Positions 17,934 through 28,338 of a stretch of DNA of 64,000 bases are shown piece by piece; position 1 is the first letter of the stretch, and the number at the start of each line of letters is the position of its first letter. The position numbers were made by a program, and so were the translations under genes. Source of the DNA: Candidatus Peregrinibacteria bacterium (GTDB taxonomy: Bacteria > Patescibacteriota > Gracilibacteria > UBA1369 > LOWO2-01-FULL-3); assembly GCA_026395515.1 (NCBI GenBank), contig JAPLYN010000005.1, forward strand, positions 111,521-175,520, given 5' to 3'. The notes under the pieces are model-generated. The model was not told the origin of the DNA. It did no database searches and saw nothing but the letters and a program-made list of their open reading frames with translations.

Positions 17934-20645
17934 ATGGACTTTCAAATAGAACCAGCTTACGACGCAAAAAAACACGAAGATAAAATTTACAAAAAATGGG
18001 AAGATAGTAAGGCTTTTTCGCCAAAGGTAGATCCTACTAAAAAGCCATTTACCATATCCCTACCACCGCCAAATGCCACTGGTACACTTCACCTAGGACA
18101 CGCCACCATGCTGGCTATTGAAGATATTATGATCAGACATCACCGCATGATGGGATATTCAGCTTTATGGGTTCCAGGTACGGATCATGCTGCCATTGCC
18201 ACACAAAGCGTAGTGGAAAAGAAACTTCAAGCAACAGGAATCAAGAGTCCACGTAAAGAGCTTGGACGAGAAAAACTATTAGGCCACATCAGAGAATTCG
18301 TAAAAGAGAGCCAAAGTACTATTCGCAACCAAATTCGCAAGATGGGCGCCAGCTGCGACTGGAGTAGAGAAAAATACACTTTAGATGAGGACATGAACGT
18401 GGCTGTAAATACACTTTTCGGTCGCATGTATGAAGATGGAGTAATTTATCGTGGAGGTAGAATTGTGAACTGGGATCCAAATATGCAGACAACCGTTGCC
18501 GACGATGAGTTAGAATACAAAGAGGAAAAAGCCAAATTGTATTACTTCCAATATGGACCGGTAATCATCAGTACCGCTCGTCCAGAAACAAAGTTTCTAG
18601 ATAAAGTTATAGTTGTTCATCCAAAAGACAAACGTTACAAAAAAATAGTTGGTAAAGAATTTGAATTTGAATGGATAGATGGACCAATTAAAGCGAAAGT
18701 AATTGCCGACGATTGCATTGATATGAAGTTTGGAACAGGAGCCATGACTATTACTCCTGCCCACAGCTTTATAGATTTTGATTTAGCAAAGAGACACAAA
18801 TTGGATGCTCCACAAATAATAGACTTTAACGGCAAAATTAAACCGGAGGTTTCCAAAGAATTCGGCGGACTAACTATCGATGAGGCTCGAGTTGCAATTG
18901 TAGAAAAACTAAGAGAAAAAGGATTATTAGTAAAAATAGAAGAAGATTATACTCATAAAGTTGCAGTAAATTATCGCGGAAAGGGGACTATAGAGCCACA
19001 AATAATGAAACAGTGGTTTATCGACGTTAATAAAAAAGTAATTCAGTGGAAAAAGAAAAAATGCAGTATCAAGGAGGTTTTGCAGGACACGATTCAAAGC
19101 AAAATGATCAAAATTGTTCCACGAAGATTTGAGAAAATTTATTTTCACTGGATAGATAATTTGCAAGATTGGTGTATTTCTCGACAAATTTGGTGGGGAC
19201 ATCAAATTCCAATTTGGCACAAAGTGACTGAATCACAACTAAAAGCTTTAACTTCAAAAAACGACACCTCAACACTCGACCTCGAATTGCTAAACGTAAA
19301 CGGTGAAGTGAAATTCGGAACAGAAAAGCCAAAATCAGGTGAATGGTTCAGGGATCCTGATACTTTAGATACATGGTTTAGCTCAGCTTTGTGGACCTTT
19401 GCCACACTTGGTTGGCCAAAACACACGGAAGATTTCAAATACTTTCATCCAACAGATGTACTAGAAACCGGTTATGATATTTTATTTTTCTGGGTTGCTC
19501 GTATGATTTTAGCATCTACCTATGCACTACGCAGCGATGGCCTTCCCGAAGAGCAATGCCTACCATTCAAAACGGTTTACCTTCACGGCCTAATCCGCGA
19601 CAGAAACGGTAAAAAAATGAGCAAATCTAGCCCAGAGACTTGTATCGATCCTTTAGATATGATCGAAAAATATGGAACAGATGCTCTTAGATTAAGTTTA
19701 GTTATTGGCTCCAGCCCAGGAAATGACATGAGACTTTACGAAGAAAAAATTGCAGGATATCGCAACTTCGTAAACAAAATTTGGAACGCCTCAAGATTTG
19801 CTTTAATAAATATTAGCAAAGAAGATATTTCTGCTGAATTCGACGAATCCATGATAAAAACCGATGCTGATAAATGGATAATGACCGAATTACAAAAATT
19901 AATAAAAGCTGCAGATAAAGATTTGGAAACTCATCAATTTTCAGCCGCAGGAACAAAAATATATGATTTTATTTGGAATCAATATTGCGATTGGTACCTA
20001 GAAATATCTAAAGGAAGTCAAAAAAACACAGCAGTACTACTCCACGTTTTAAAGGACATCCTAAAGCTAATGCATCCGTTTGTACCATTCGTAACAGAGG
20101 CAATCTGGGAAAACATCGGAAAGACCATGCTCATCAATGAAAAATGGCCTGAATATAATAAAAAATTCGTATTTAAAACTGAATCAAAGTCCACAGAATT
20201 AATAAAAGAAATAATTACCAAAATCAGAAGCGTTAGATCTGAATCTAAAGTTGACGCAGGTAAGAAAATTCAAGCAGTCATTTACGGAGGAAAAAACACT
20301 GAAAATATCAAGAACGGACAAGAGACAATCATGAGATTAGCTCGTCTAGAAACCCTAGAACTAAAGGCATCAGGAGAAAAATTAAAAGAATCAAAATCAA
20401 TCTTTGTTGAGGATATTGAAATATTTCTGCCATTCAAAGGAATGCTAGACATAGAAAAGGAAAAGAAAAACATTTTGACTCAAATAGAAGCTAAAATGAA
20501 TTTTATCAACGGCCTAGAAAAGAAGTTATCCAACAAGGAATTCGTAAAAAAAGCGCCAAAGGAAATAGTAGAAAAAGAGACAGAACGCCTTAGTGCCGAA
20601 AAGGAACAAGTTCAAAAACTTAAAGAACAGTTGAAAGAGTTTTAA
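17934..20645 (+). CDS. valS: Valyl-tRNA synthetase
   Basis: HIGH-type PPPNATGTLHLGHA, KMSKS, and a C-terminal coiled coil. Confidence 0.95.
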   Translation: MDFQIEPAYDAKKHEDKIYKKWEDSKAFSPKVDPTKKPFTISLPPPNATGTLHLGHATMLAIEDIMIRHHRMMGYSALWVPGTDHAAIATQSVVEKKLQATGIKSPRKELGREKLLGHIREFVKESQSTIRNQIRKMGASCDWSREKYTLDEDMNVAVNTLFGRMYEDGVIYRGGRIVNWDPNMQTTVADDELEYKEEKAKLYYFQYGPVIISTARPETKFLDKVIVVHPKDKRYKKIVGKEFEFEWIDGPIKAKVIADDCIDMKFGTGAMTITPAHSFIDFDLAKRHKLDAPQIIDFNGKIKPEVSKEFGGLTIDEARVAIVEKLREKGLLVKIEEDYTHKVAVNYRGKGTIEPQIMKQWFIDVNKKVIQWKKKKCSIKEVLQDTIQSKMIKIVPRRFEKIYFHWIDNLQDWCISRQIWWGHQIPIWHKVTESQLKALTSKNDTSTLDLELLNVNGEVKFGTEKPKSGEWFRDPDTLDTWFSSALWTFATLGWPKHTEDFKYFHPTDVLETGYDILFFWVARMILASTYALRSDGLPEEQCLPFKTVYLHGLIRDRNGKKMSKSSPETCIDPLDMIEKYGTDALRLSLVIGSSPGNDMRLYEEKIAGYRNFVNKIWNASRFALINISKEDISAEFDESMIKTDADKWIMTELQKLIKAADKDLETHQFSAAGTKIYDFIWNQYCDWYLEISKGSQKNTAVLLHVLKDILKLMHPFVPFVTEAIWENIGKTMLINEKWPEYNKKFVFKTESKSTELIKEIITKIRSVRSESKVDAGKKIQAVIYGGKNTENIKNGQETIMRLARLETLELKASGEKLKESKSIFVEDIEIFLPFKGMLDIEKEKKNILTQIEAKMNFINGLEKKLSNKEFVKKAPKEIVEKETERLSAEKEQVQKLKEQLKEF

Positions 20646-20683
20646 GTCGCTATCTCAAAGCCCTTTATAATAAAGCCATTTTC

Positions 20684-20692
20684 TGGTATAAT
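20684..20692 (+). promoter_or_regulatory. Extended -10 promoter element TGGTATAAT
   Basis: TGGTATAAT lies 25 nt upstream of the ATG at 20718. Confidence 0.5.
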
Positions 20693-20717
20693 TACCAGAT
20701 AGATTTATAATTCAAAC

Positions 20718-21641
20718 ATGGCAAATTTCGCTTATTACGATCAACTAGAGCTTAAAATTAATTCCCTTATCACAGAGAGGAAGTTCAAAGAAGCTTTCAA
20801 CGTCTGCAAGGAAAGTATTTTGCAATACCCGAATGAATCACGATTTCCAAAAATCAAAGAAAGAATCGAAAAAGCCGTAGAAGAGGAAAACGAAAATATT
20901 ATCAAAAATAAATTAGAAGAAATAAAAGCAATGTGGAAGGAAGAGAAGTTTTTGGAAATTCTCAAAACATTAAAGAATTTACTAGCAGCTTCTCCGAACA
21001 ATTCAAAATTAAAAGGATTGTATACAGATGCTGAAAAGGAATACAGAAAACAGTACGAGAAACTCAACGAAAAATTCAACAAAGATCAAAGAAAAAGACT
21101 GGACTCAGTACTAAAAGAAAATCCAAATCAATTGACGGAAGACCTCTACATACTCACAAAAGAAAATCCTGGAAACCAAAACGTAAAAGATTTAGTTGCA
21201 GAGTATGAGGAGAAATTAATTGCAAAAAAAATTGAAGACAAGAGTGAACTAATAAATTCAAATAAATACGATGTCATCGAAAATTTTCTTGATGAATTGA
21301 GAAAAATAAACAAATTCAGCAAGAAAATACAGGATGTAGAAATGGAATTAAAAAAGAGAAAATTAGAAGGAGAAATAGTTCAAACAAAGGAATTCGTTTA
21401 CGGAGGAGAAAAACATTTAGACACATTAGTTAAACTAAAGAAATTTGATAAAGCCATGCAGGCAGCTCAAGAAATACTCAAAGTCGATCCCCAAAACGAA
21501 GAAGCAAAAAGAGTTCTAGAAAACTCCGCAAAAGAATACAAAGATCAACTAAAGGATCTCGCTGCAGAATCAATCAATAAGAACTTTCAAAGTCTTAAAT
21601 CTGAATACGAACAGAACAAAACAAAGTTTATAAAAATCTAA
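20718..21641 (+). CDS. Hypothetical K/E-rich coiled-coil/TPR-like protein
   Basis: 307-aa ORF with an ATG start and a strongly helical charged sequence. No enzymatic motif. Confidence 0.55.
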   Translation: MANFAYYDQLELKINSLITERKFKEAFNVCKESILQYPNESRFPKIKERIEKAVEEENENIIKNKLEEIKAMWKEEKFLEILKTLKNLLAASPNNSKLKGLYTDAEKEYRKQYEKLNEKFNKDQRKRLDSVLKENPNQLTEDLYILTKENPGNQNVKDLVAEYEEKLIAKKIEDKSELINSNKYDVIENFLDELRKINKFSKKIQDVEMELKKRKLEGEIVQTKEFVYGGEKHLDTLVKLKKFDKAMQAAQEILKVDPQNEEAKRVLENSAKEYKDQLKDLAAESINKNFQSLKSEYEQNKTKFIKI

Positions 21642-22717
21642 GCTTTAGCTCCAGATTTTAATTTATAAACACGACGTCCAATACGTGCAAACTTTCTATC
21701 ATTCTTTAGAGCAAGAACAATAGTGATTTTTTTCACGTCACGTTGCTTCAAAACAAGATCAACAATCTTATCTTGTTCAAGTTCTTTATGTTCCTTGAGA
21801 ATTTTTTCAATAACTTCCGCGACAGTGCCTTTCTCGTAGCCCCATTCAGAAAGAGCATAAATACCACGACCAATCAAAACGAATTGATCATGTCTTATAA
21901 GTTCATTATGTACGGCCTGAACATTTACCCTACGAGTATCAAAGTCAGCTTTCCCAATTCTTTCCGCTATAGCAGAAAAGTGCATCGGCGCTTTATCACT
22001 CCTAAGAACAAACATAATTTTATCTCTCAACGTTCTTGGATGAATATGTCTCCATTCCAATAAACCAACCAAATCATCATCAAGAATTGTTAATCTCTTA
22101 TCAATCTCAATCAAAGATTTTACCTTGAGAAGATCAAAATCATTTTGCTTAAGATGGCTTCCTAAATCTTCTTGAATTCTATCAATTTTCTTAACATCTC
22201 CATATTTATGAAGCTGATTAATTAATTGATCAGAAACATGCTTTAAGGAATATTCCGGAATTGCTTTGTCTCTTACGTAAGGATAAAAATTTATAGTATT
22301 TCCGACACACTCCAAATTGTCATGCAAAGCCAAAGATAAATTCAAATTATTAACATCGACAGCAACATCCTTTGGCAAAATTTCTGACAACTCAGAAATC
22401 AAGTTTTCAGATTTCATAATACCTCCATGCTTTCTCACAATACCTCCAACAAACTCATGGAGACTCTTCAAAGCAGTATTGAAAACATTTCGACGCATCT
22501 TTGCTAAAGCATTCTTTTCGATCTGTCTCACACGTTCTCGTGTAACAGAAAACTCTTGGCCGATTTCTTCCAAAGTAGCTCTATTGACACCAGCTAAAGC
22601 AAAACGCTTAGTGATGACAACTTTTTCTTTATCAGAAAGAAGCAGCAAAAGGTTTTCTACGAGGTTATGCAAATCAGTAACTGTTTGAACAACAGGCGCA
22701 ACTTGCGGGCTATACAT
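21638..22717 (-). CDS. Sigma-70 region-4 HTH + HARE-HTH protein, paralog of 12824..13936
   Basis: LEEIGQEFSVTRERVRQIEKNALAKMRR plus MHFSAIAERI...VHNELIRHDQFVLIGRGIYAL. Collinear with the first copy. Confidence 0.6.
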   Translation of the reverse strand: MYSPQVAPVVQTVTDLHNLVENLLLLLSDKEKVVITKRFALAGVNRATLEEIGQEFSVTRERVRQIEKNALAKMRRNVFNTALKSLHEFVGGIVRKHGGIMKSENLISELSEILPKDVAVDVNNLNLSLALHDNLECVGNTINFYPYVRDKAIPEYSLKHVSDQLINQLHKYGDVKKIDRIQEDLGSHLKQNDFDLLKVKSLIEIDKRLTILDDDLVGLLEWRHIHPRTLRDKIMFVLRSDKAPMHFSAIAERIGKADFDTRRVNVQAVHNELIRHDQFVLIGRGIYALSEWGYEKGTVAEVIEKILKEHKELEQDKIVDLVLKQRDVKKITIVLALKNDRKFARIGRRVYKLKSGAKA

Positions 22718-22831
22718 AGGAATTAGGAGGTTAAGAGGATTAACTTAACGTGATTATAAAAACATTTTGGAATTATATCAAAAAAATGGTGTTGAGTATC
22801 TTGCCAAAATAGTTTGTTGTTTAATAGTTTT

Positions 22832-23143
22832 TCAAATTTCAAAAATATATCCTATACAATGCACAGTGCGAATAACGTCGTAGCCAAGACGTTTAACCAA
22901 TGTCTTGCGAAGTAAAGCAACGTGAACATCCAAAGTATTAGTTGGCCAACAAATATTACGATCCCAAACTTCTTCCAACAACTGTGTACGCGTTACCACC
23001 GACCCAGAGTGTCTAACAAAACAAGCAAATAATTCAAATAACTTATTCCTCAAAACCAAAACATCTTTATCAAAGAAAACTTTTCTTGAAGAAAAATCCA
23101 ATTTAATTTTGCAGAATTCAGAATGCACAATATTAGTATTCAT
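22832..23143 (-). CDS. Stand-alone OmpR/PhoB-type winged-helix DNA-binding protein (no receiver domain)
   Basis: The sequence TRTQLLEEVWDRNICWPTNTLDVHVALLRKTL...VIRTVHCIGYIFEI matches Trans_reg_C. The listed start at 23254 is TTG within AT-rich DNA, so I use the ATG at 23143. Confidence 0.6.
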   Translation of the reverse strand: MNTNIVHSEFCKIKLDFSSRKVFFDKDVLVLRNKLFELFACFVRHSGSVVTRTQLLEEVWDRNICWPTNTLDVHVALLRKTLVKRLGYDVIRTVHCIGYIFEI

Positions 23144-23278
23144 AGAAAAATAGTTAAATAGTATCTTTAATTCTGAAACTAAAATGAAATTTAGCAAATA
23201 AACAAAATTGAAATAAAAAAAAGTAGCAGCACCAAAGGAAAAACACCATATCAAAAGTGTTGTCTAAGTCCGTTCAAC

Positions 23279-23758
23279 ATGTTAACTTTAGACCACAATA
23301 AATCCAAAAGAGTGAAAGTTGTATTACAAAAATCCGGTTCAGCACGCGTAGAAATTGAAAACAAAATCCACGGTGAAATTAAAAGCGGCATTGTCCTGCT
23401 TATTGGTATTACTCACGACGACAACGAAAAAGACATTGAATACCTAGTTGAAAAAATTACTAATCTAAGAATTTTTGAAAGCGAAGGAAAATATTTTGAA
23501 AAATCTATCCTAGAAGTTAGCGAGGAAATTCTCGCAATTTCCCAATTCACCTTATATGCCAGCTGTCGAAAAGGACGCAGACCAGATTTTATCGAAGCTG
23601 CAAAACCAGAGGTGGCAAAACCACTTTACGACAAGTTTATAGAGAAACTAAAAGAAAAAGGAATAAAAGTTCAAACAGGAGTTTTTGGGGCTGATATGCA
23701 AGTACACCTTGTCAACCAGGGTCCAATTACGCTAATTATTGATAGCAAATTAAATTAA
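23279..23758 (+). CDS. dtd: D-aminoacyl-tRNA deacylase
   Basis: GIVLLIGITHDD, SQFTLYA, RPDF and NQGPITLIID motifs. An alternative GTG start at 23312 would give a canonical N-terminus. Confidence 0.9.
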   Translation: MLTLDHNKSKRVKVVLQKSGSARVEIENKIHGEIKSGIVLLIGITHDDNEKDIEYLVEKITNLRIFESEGKYFEKSILEVSEEILAISQFTLYASCRKGRRPDFIEAAKPEVAKPLYDKFIEKLKEKGIKVQTGVFGADMQVHLVNQGPITLIIDSKLN

Positions 23759-23769
23759 TTACCATTTAT

Positions 23770-25155
23770 ATGGCTCAAACAGTGATGGAGAAAGTGGCAG
23801 CATTATGCAAACGAAGAGGTTTTATTTTCCCTGGCTCAGAAATATACGGAGGCTTCGCAAATACCTGGGATTACGGTCCATACGGATGCGAGCTCAAGAA
23901 AAATATCAAAGAATTTTGGTGGAAAACTTTCGTGCGTGAAAGAGATGACATGGTAGGTCTTGATGCCGGGATTTTAATGAACCCAAAAGTTTGGGAAGCA
24001 TCTGGTCACGTAGCTTCATTTTCCGATCCACTAATTGACTGCAAAAAGTGTAAGGAAAGAATTAGAGGAGATAAATTAATTGAAGAACATCTAGGTATTG
24101 AAGCAGCTGTAGGAAAGTCATTAAAAGAAGTTACAGAAATTATCACTGCAAATAAACTCAAATGTCCAAAATGTGGAACTAGTGACTTTACTGAAGCTCG
24201 TTCATTCAATCTAATGTTTAAGACTCACCAAGGAGTAGTAGAAGAAACTTCTACAGCCGTATACCTCAGACCAGAGACAGCTCAAGGTATTTTCGTAAAT
24301 TTCAAAAACGTTGTACAAAGCTGCCGCCAGAAAGTTCCATTCGGAATTGGTCAGATTGGTAAAGCCTTCAGAAATGAAATCACACCTGGAAATTTCACTT
24401 TCCGTACTCGCGAATTCGAGCAGATGGAAATTGAATATTTTGTTTCCCCAAAAGACAAAGCTGAAATTAAGAGAATTTTCGACGATTGGAAAAAAGTTTG
24501 TTGGCAATGGTACCTAGACCTAGGAATCAAGAAAGATAGCCTTCGCTACAGAGAACATGAAAAAGATGAGTTATCTCATTACTCCAGCATGACTTTCGAT
24601 ATTGAATACGAATTTCCATTTGGTTGGGGAGAATTGATGGGATTAGCTTACAGAGGAGATTTCGACCTTACTCAACACCAAACTTTCTCTAAAGAAAAAT
24701 TAGAATACCTAGATCCATTCACTAATGAGAAATACATCCCTCACGTAATTGAACCATCATTTGGTGCCGACAGAACTGTACTTATTACGCTCATTAATGC
24801 CTACGAAGAAGACATGGTAGAAGGTGAACCACGTACAATAATGCACTTTGACCCTAAGATAGCCCCAGTAAAAGCCGCTATTTTCCCACTAATAAAGAAA
24901 CCAGAGTTAATAAAAATAGCCGACGACATCTTCAAGACCCTCAGCAAGAGATGGAATGTAGAATATGATGAATCTGGAGCCGTAGGTAAGCGCTACCGCC
25001 GTCAGGATGAAATAGGTACACCTTATTGCATTACTGTAGATTTCGACACGATAGAGAAGGATAATATGGTTACGATTCGTGATCGCGACACCACGAAACA
25101 AGAAAGAATTGCCATAGCAGATATAGAGAAATTCCTCGAAGAAAAGCTAAAATAG
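23770..25155 (+). CDS. glyQS: Glycyl-tRNA synthetase (dimeric class II type)
   Basis: The sequence RGFIFPGSEIYGGFANTWDYGPYG and the motifs FRNEITPGNFTFRTREFEQMEIEYF and PSFGADR. Confidence 0.95.
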   Translation: MAQTVMEKVAALCKRRGFIFPGSEIYGGFANTWDYGPYGCELKKNIKEFWWKTFVRERDDMVGLDAGILMNPKVWEASGHVASFSDPLIDCKKCKERIRGDKLIEEHLGIEAAVGKSLKEVTEIITANKLKCPKCGTSDFTEARSFNLMFKTHQGVVEETSTAVYLRPETAQGIFVNFKNVVQSCRQKVPFGIGQIGKAFRNEITPGNFTFRTREFEQMEIEYFVSPKDKAEIKRIFDDWKKVCWQWYLDLGIKKDSLRYREHEKDELSHYSSMTFDIEYEFPFGWGELMGLAYRGDFDLTQHQTFSKEKLEYLDPFTNEKYIPHVIEPSFGADRTVLITLINAYEEDMVEGEPRTIMHFDPKIAPVKAAIFPLIKKPELIKIADDIFKTLSKRWNVEYDESGAVGKRYRRQDEIGTPYCITVDFDTIEKDNMVTIRDRDTTKQERIAIADIEKFLEEKLK

Positions 25156-25179
25156 AGAGAGTTGACAAAACTAGCATTA

Positions 25180-25212
25180 GGGCCCCTCTACACTTGTAAG
25201 AAGGGCCTTTTT
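25180..25212 (+). terminator. Possible intrinsic terminator after glyQS
   Basis: GGCCC (25181-25185) pairs with GGGCC (25203-25207) and is followed by TTTTT. The loop is large, so this is a weak call. Confidence 0.35.
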
Positions 25213-25213
25213 C

Positions 25214-25222
25214 TGATATAAT
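25214..25222 (+). promoter_or_regulatory. Extended -10 promoter element TGATATAAT
   Basis: TGATATAAT lies 22 nt upstream of the ATG at 25245. Confidence 0.5.
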
Positions 25223-25244
25223 AATCAGATAAATAAAAACACAA

Positions 25245-27968
25245 ATGAATCAGGAGTTCTTTAATAACATCTGGATCTACATCCAAAACAATCCTAAATT
25301 ACTAGCTATCTGGGCTGCAGAAATAGTGGCAGGAGCGTGGTTTTTGTTGCATATGATCAGATTCGTCTATCAACATCACCAATCAAAACATTTGGTTTTC
25401 TTGAAGGTAATTCTTCCAAGAGAAGATTCTCAAAAAGATAAAGAAAAAGAAACTGAAAAAGATTTTAGAGAAAAAATTGCGATCATGACTCAGTTCTACC
25501 GCAATCTATCGGAGACTAGAGAGCTAAACCCTATCAATAGATTAAAAGTAATGCTCTTTAAGCATAATATTTTCTCATTTGAGTTAGTAGCTCATGACAA
25601 AGTCATAGATTTCTACGTTACAACTCCTGCCTATTATAAAGAAATCGTTGAGAAACAGATTACCTCATATTATCCATCAGCTGACATCCAGCCTTGCGAA
25701 CCATACGAATTAGTAAAAACAGGATGCAAAATGAAAGGCTTTTACGCCTATGAAGAAAGACCATATTGGTTTCCAATCAAAACTTACAAAACAATTGAAA
25801 ACGATCCATTAAACGATCTTACAAACATTTTTACTCGTTTAGCAGACGAGGAAACAGCAGCAATTCAGATCGTAATTAGACCTAAAGACGACAAATGGGC
25901 GAAAAAAGCTGAAGCTTTCGGTGAAGCTTTTTTTAAAGGAAAACCAAAAGGTGAAGGTTTCAAACTTCCATTCCTTGGACCAGTTCTTAATGTATTCAAA
26001 GGAATCTTTCTTGGTTACGAAAAGATGGAAATAGAACCAAAAGCTGACGGAGGTGGTTACGTGAGAATGCTTCAATCAAAAGAAGAAGTCGCAAAAGCCA
26101 TTGGTGTAAAGTCCTCAGGCGCTGGTTTTGACACGGTGATTAGACTCCTCAGTTCAGGAAAAACAGAAGAGCGAGCTGAAGAAATTTCCAATAACATCGT
26201 GGTATCTCTAAATCTTTTCAAAGATAGTTCATCCAACTGGTTTCAAACCAGAAGAATTTTCTTTATTGATCCATTAAATGACTTAATTTTTCTTCATAAT
26301 TTTAAAAACCGTTACCTAGACAAGCACTGGGTAGTTTTTGGAGAAAAGATGTCGCTAATGAGTGAAGACGAGCTCGCTAGTCTTTATCATTTCCCAAACA
26401 GCAAATACAACTACACTCCAAACATTCGTTGGTTGGATTACAAGGTACTTCCAGCTCCAGTAGACATGCCTACTTCAGGATTATTACTTGGATACAATCT
26501 ATTCCGTGGTATCAAAAAAGAGATATTCATGCAGAAACAAGATCGTTCTCGTCATCACTACATCATAGGTAAATCTGGTTCAGGTAAATCCGCCCTTTTA
26601 TCTTTCATGGCCAGACAAGACGCCATAAACGGGGAAGGTTTCTGCATCATTGATCCACATGGAGATCTTGTGGAAGAAGTACTTGATTATATTCCAAAGG
26701 AAAGAGCTAAAGACGTGATTATTTTTGATCCTGCCGACGTTGAAAGACCTATGGGTTTAAATATCCTTGAAGCAACAACTCCAGCAGAAATGGATCTTGC
26801 TGCCTCACAATCTACAGAAATTTTTATTAAACTTTTCGGTGATGAAATTTTTGGACCTCGTATCCAGCATTACTTCCGCAATGCTTGTTTAACTCTTATG
26901 GAGGACCATGAAGAAGGCGCAACACTTATCGACGTACCTAGAATGTTCGTTGATGATGCCTTCATGAAATACAAAGTTAAAAAGGTTACAAATCCAGTAG
27001 TTAAATCTTTCTGGGAACATGAATATGCCAATACTGGTGAACGTGAAAGACAGGAAATGATCCCGTATTTCAGTGCCAAATTTGGTCCGTTTATTACCAA
27101 TACCATCATGAGAAATACCATTGGTCAGAAAAATTCTGCCTTTGATTTCCGTAAGGTAATGGATGAAGGAAAGATTCTCTTAGTAAAACTTTCCAAAGGT
27201 AAAATTGGTGATTTAAATACTCAGCTTTTAGGTCTCGTAATGGTAGCCCGTATTCAGATGGCCGCTATGAGTCGTACCGATATTGAAGAAAAAGATCGTC
27301 GCGATTTCTTCCTCTACGTGGATGAGTTCCAAAACTTTGCCACAGACAGTTTCTGTTCAATCCTATCTGAGGCCAGAAAGTACCACCTCAGCTTAATTAT
27401 GGCGCATCAGTATATTAATCAGTTGGTTACAAGCAAATTTGGTAGCACTTCTACCGGTATCCGTGATGCCGTATTCGGTAACGTTGGTACTATCTCTTCA
27501 TTTAAAGTAGGTGCCGAAGACGCCGAATATCTTGCAAAAGAATACGCCCCACTTCTTACAGAACAGGACGTACTCAGCATCTCAAACTATAAGATGTACA
27601 TGAAACTAAACATAAACAATACCACATCTAGACCATTCTCAGTGGGTACAATCTGGGATGAAAGTAAGAAGAACCCTAAGGTGGGTAAAATCATCAGAGA
27701 ATACGCTAGATTGAAACATGCTCGTAAGAGAGAATTCGTAGAACAAGAAATCGTATCAAGAATTGGTATCGACACCAATTCTGCTCCTATAGATACCAGC
27801 AAATTACCAAGCCAACCAGGCACTGCACAGCCCGCAGCCGAGAATCCAATGGCTCAAATAATGGCCGCTCAACAGGGTGCAACAGCAGCAACTCCTGCAG
27901 AACCTACAGCTGCAGCACCAGTTCAAAATCCTGCTCCAACAGAGCCAACACCTCCAACCAAGGCCTAA
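25245..27968 (+). CDS. VirD4/TraD/TraG-type coupling ATPase, paralog 2, with Ala/Pro/Gln-rich C-terminal tail
   Basis: N-terminal TM helix, Walker A GKSGSGKSA, IIDPHGD, Walker B FFLYVDEFQNF. Collinear with 4604..7078. Confidence 0.75.
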   Translation: MNQEFFNNIWIYIQNNPKLLAIWAAEIVAGAWFLLHMIRFVYQHHQSKHLVFLKVILPREDSQKDKEKETEKDFREKIAIMTQFYRNLSETRELNPINRLKVMLFKHNIFSFELVAHDKVIDFYVTTPAYYKEIVEKQITSYYPSADIQPCEPYELVKTGCKMKGFYAYEERPYWFPIKTYKTIENDPLNDLTNIFTRLADEETAAIQIVIRPKDDKWAKKAEAFGEAFFKGKPKGEGFKLPFLGPVLNVFKGIFLGYEKMEIEPKADGGGYVRMLQSKEEVAKAIGVKSSGAGFDTVIRLLSSGKTEERAEEISNNIVVSLNLFKDSSSNWFQTRRIFFIDPLNDLIFLHNFKNRYLDKHWVVFGEKMSLMSEDELASLYHFPNSKYNYTPNIRWLDYKVLPAPVDMPTSGLLLGYNLFRGIKKEIFMQKQDRSRHHYIIGKSGSGKSALLSFMARQDAINGEGFCIIDPHGDLVEEVLDYIPKERAKDVIIFDPADVERPMGLNILEATTPAEMDLAASQSTEIFIKLFGDEIFGPRIQHYFRNACLTLMEDHEEGATLIDVPRMFVDDAFMKYKVKKVTNPVVKSFWEHEYANTGERERQEMIPYFSAKFGPFITNTIMRNTIGQKNSAFDFRKVMDEGKILLVKLSKGKIGDLNTQLLGLVMVARIQMAAMSRTDIEEKDRRDFFLYVDEFQNFATDSFCSILSEARKYHLSLIMAHQYINQLVTSKFGSTSTGIRDAVFGNVGTISSFKVGAEDAEYLAKEYAPLLTEQDVLSISNYKMYMKLNINNTTSRPFSVGTIWDESKKNPKVGKIIREYARLKHARKREFVEQEIVSRIGIDTNSAPIDTSKLPSQPGTAQPAAENPMAQIMAAQQGATAATPAEPTAAAPVQNPAPTEPTPPTKA

Positions 27969-27971
27969 GTA

Positions 27972-28000
27972 TTGACATTTTAAGTATTCCATGTTATATT
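27972..28000 (+). promoter_or_regulatory. Consensus sigma70-type promoter P1 facing into the GC-rich island
   Basis: TTGACA (27972-27977), a 17-nt spacer ending in TGT, then TATATT (27995-28000). It begins 4 nt after the VirD4-like stop codon. Confidence 0.6.
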
Positions 28001-28186
28001 TCGGTGCTTTTGACGTATACATCTTTGTTGCGTTAGAAGTCGACCCTTGAAAACTTGTTGTAGAGAGCCATCTGTCTTTCAAAATGACATAATGCCTGCC
28101 GCAAGGTTGAGCTAGTGTACTGAAAGCCGGATCCTCTCTCTACCACTAAATGATTTTTGTTTAATCAATATTTACTACTACTTCAA

Positions 28187-28247
28187 GATCAGTAGGCCCT
28201 GCAAGCTGGGAAATGGGCAATTTTCCAGTTCGCAAAGCCTACTGATC
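28187..28247 (+). repeat. Nested inverted repeat / RNA hairpin in the leader of the first GC-rich gene
   Basis: Perfect 11-bp arms GATCAGTAGGC (28187-28197) and GCCTACTGATC (28237-28247) enclose a 9-bp hairpin. The hairpin is CTGGGAAAT (28206-28214) / ATTTTCCAG (28220-28228), with one G-U that exists only on the + strand. Confidence 0.6.
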
Positions 28248-28338
28248 CCCTCAAGGGAGATGGATGGCGAAGCATCCGCGGAGAACCCTAGTCTGGGCGA
28301 TCCAAAGATGGAGGCATATGCATGTGCCTTACAGTAAC

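Noticed and set aside
28249-28262. TCAAGGGAGAT at the AT-to-GC junction resembles TCAAGGGGGAGAT at the 3' end of the tRNA-Met gene (31786-31798). It could be a degenerate att repeat.
   Set aside because: The match is only 7+4 nt with a 2-nt gap, which is expected by chance in 64 kb, and there is no integrase. It would be worth an alignment check but is not supportable as is.
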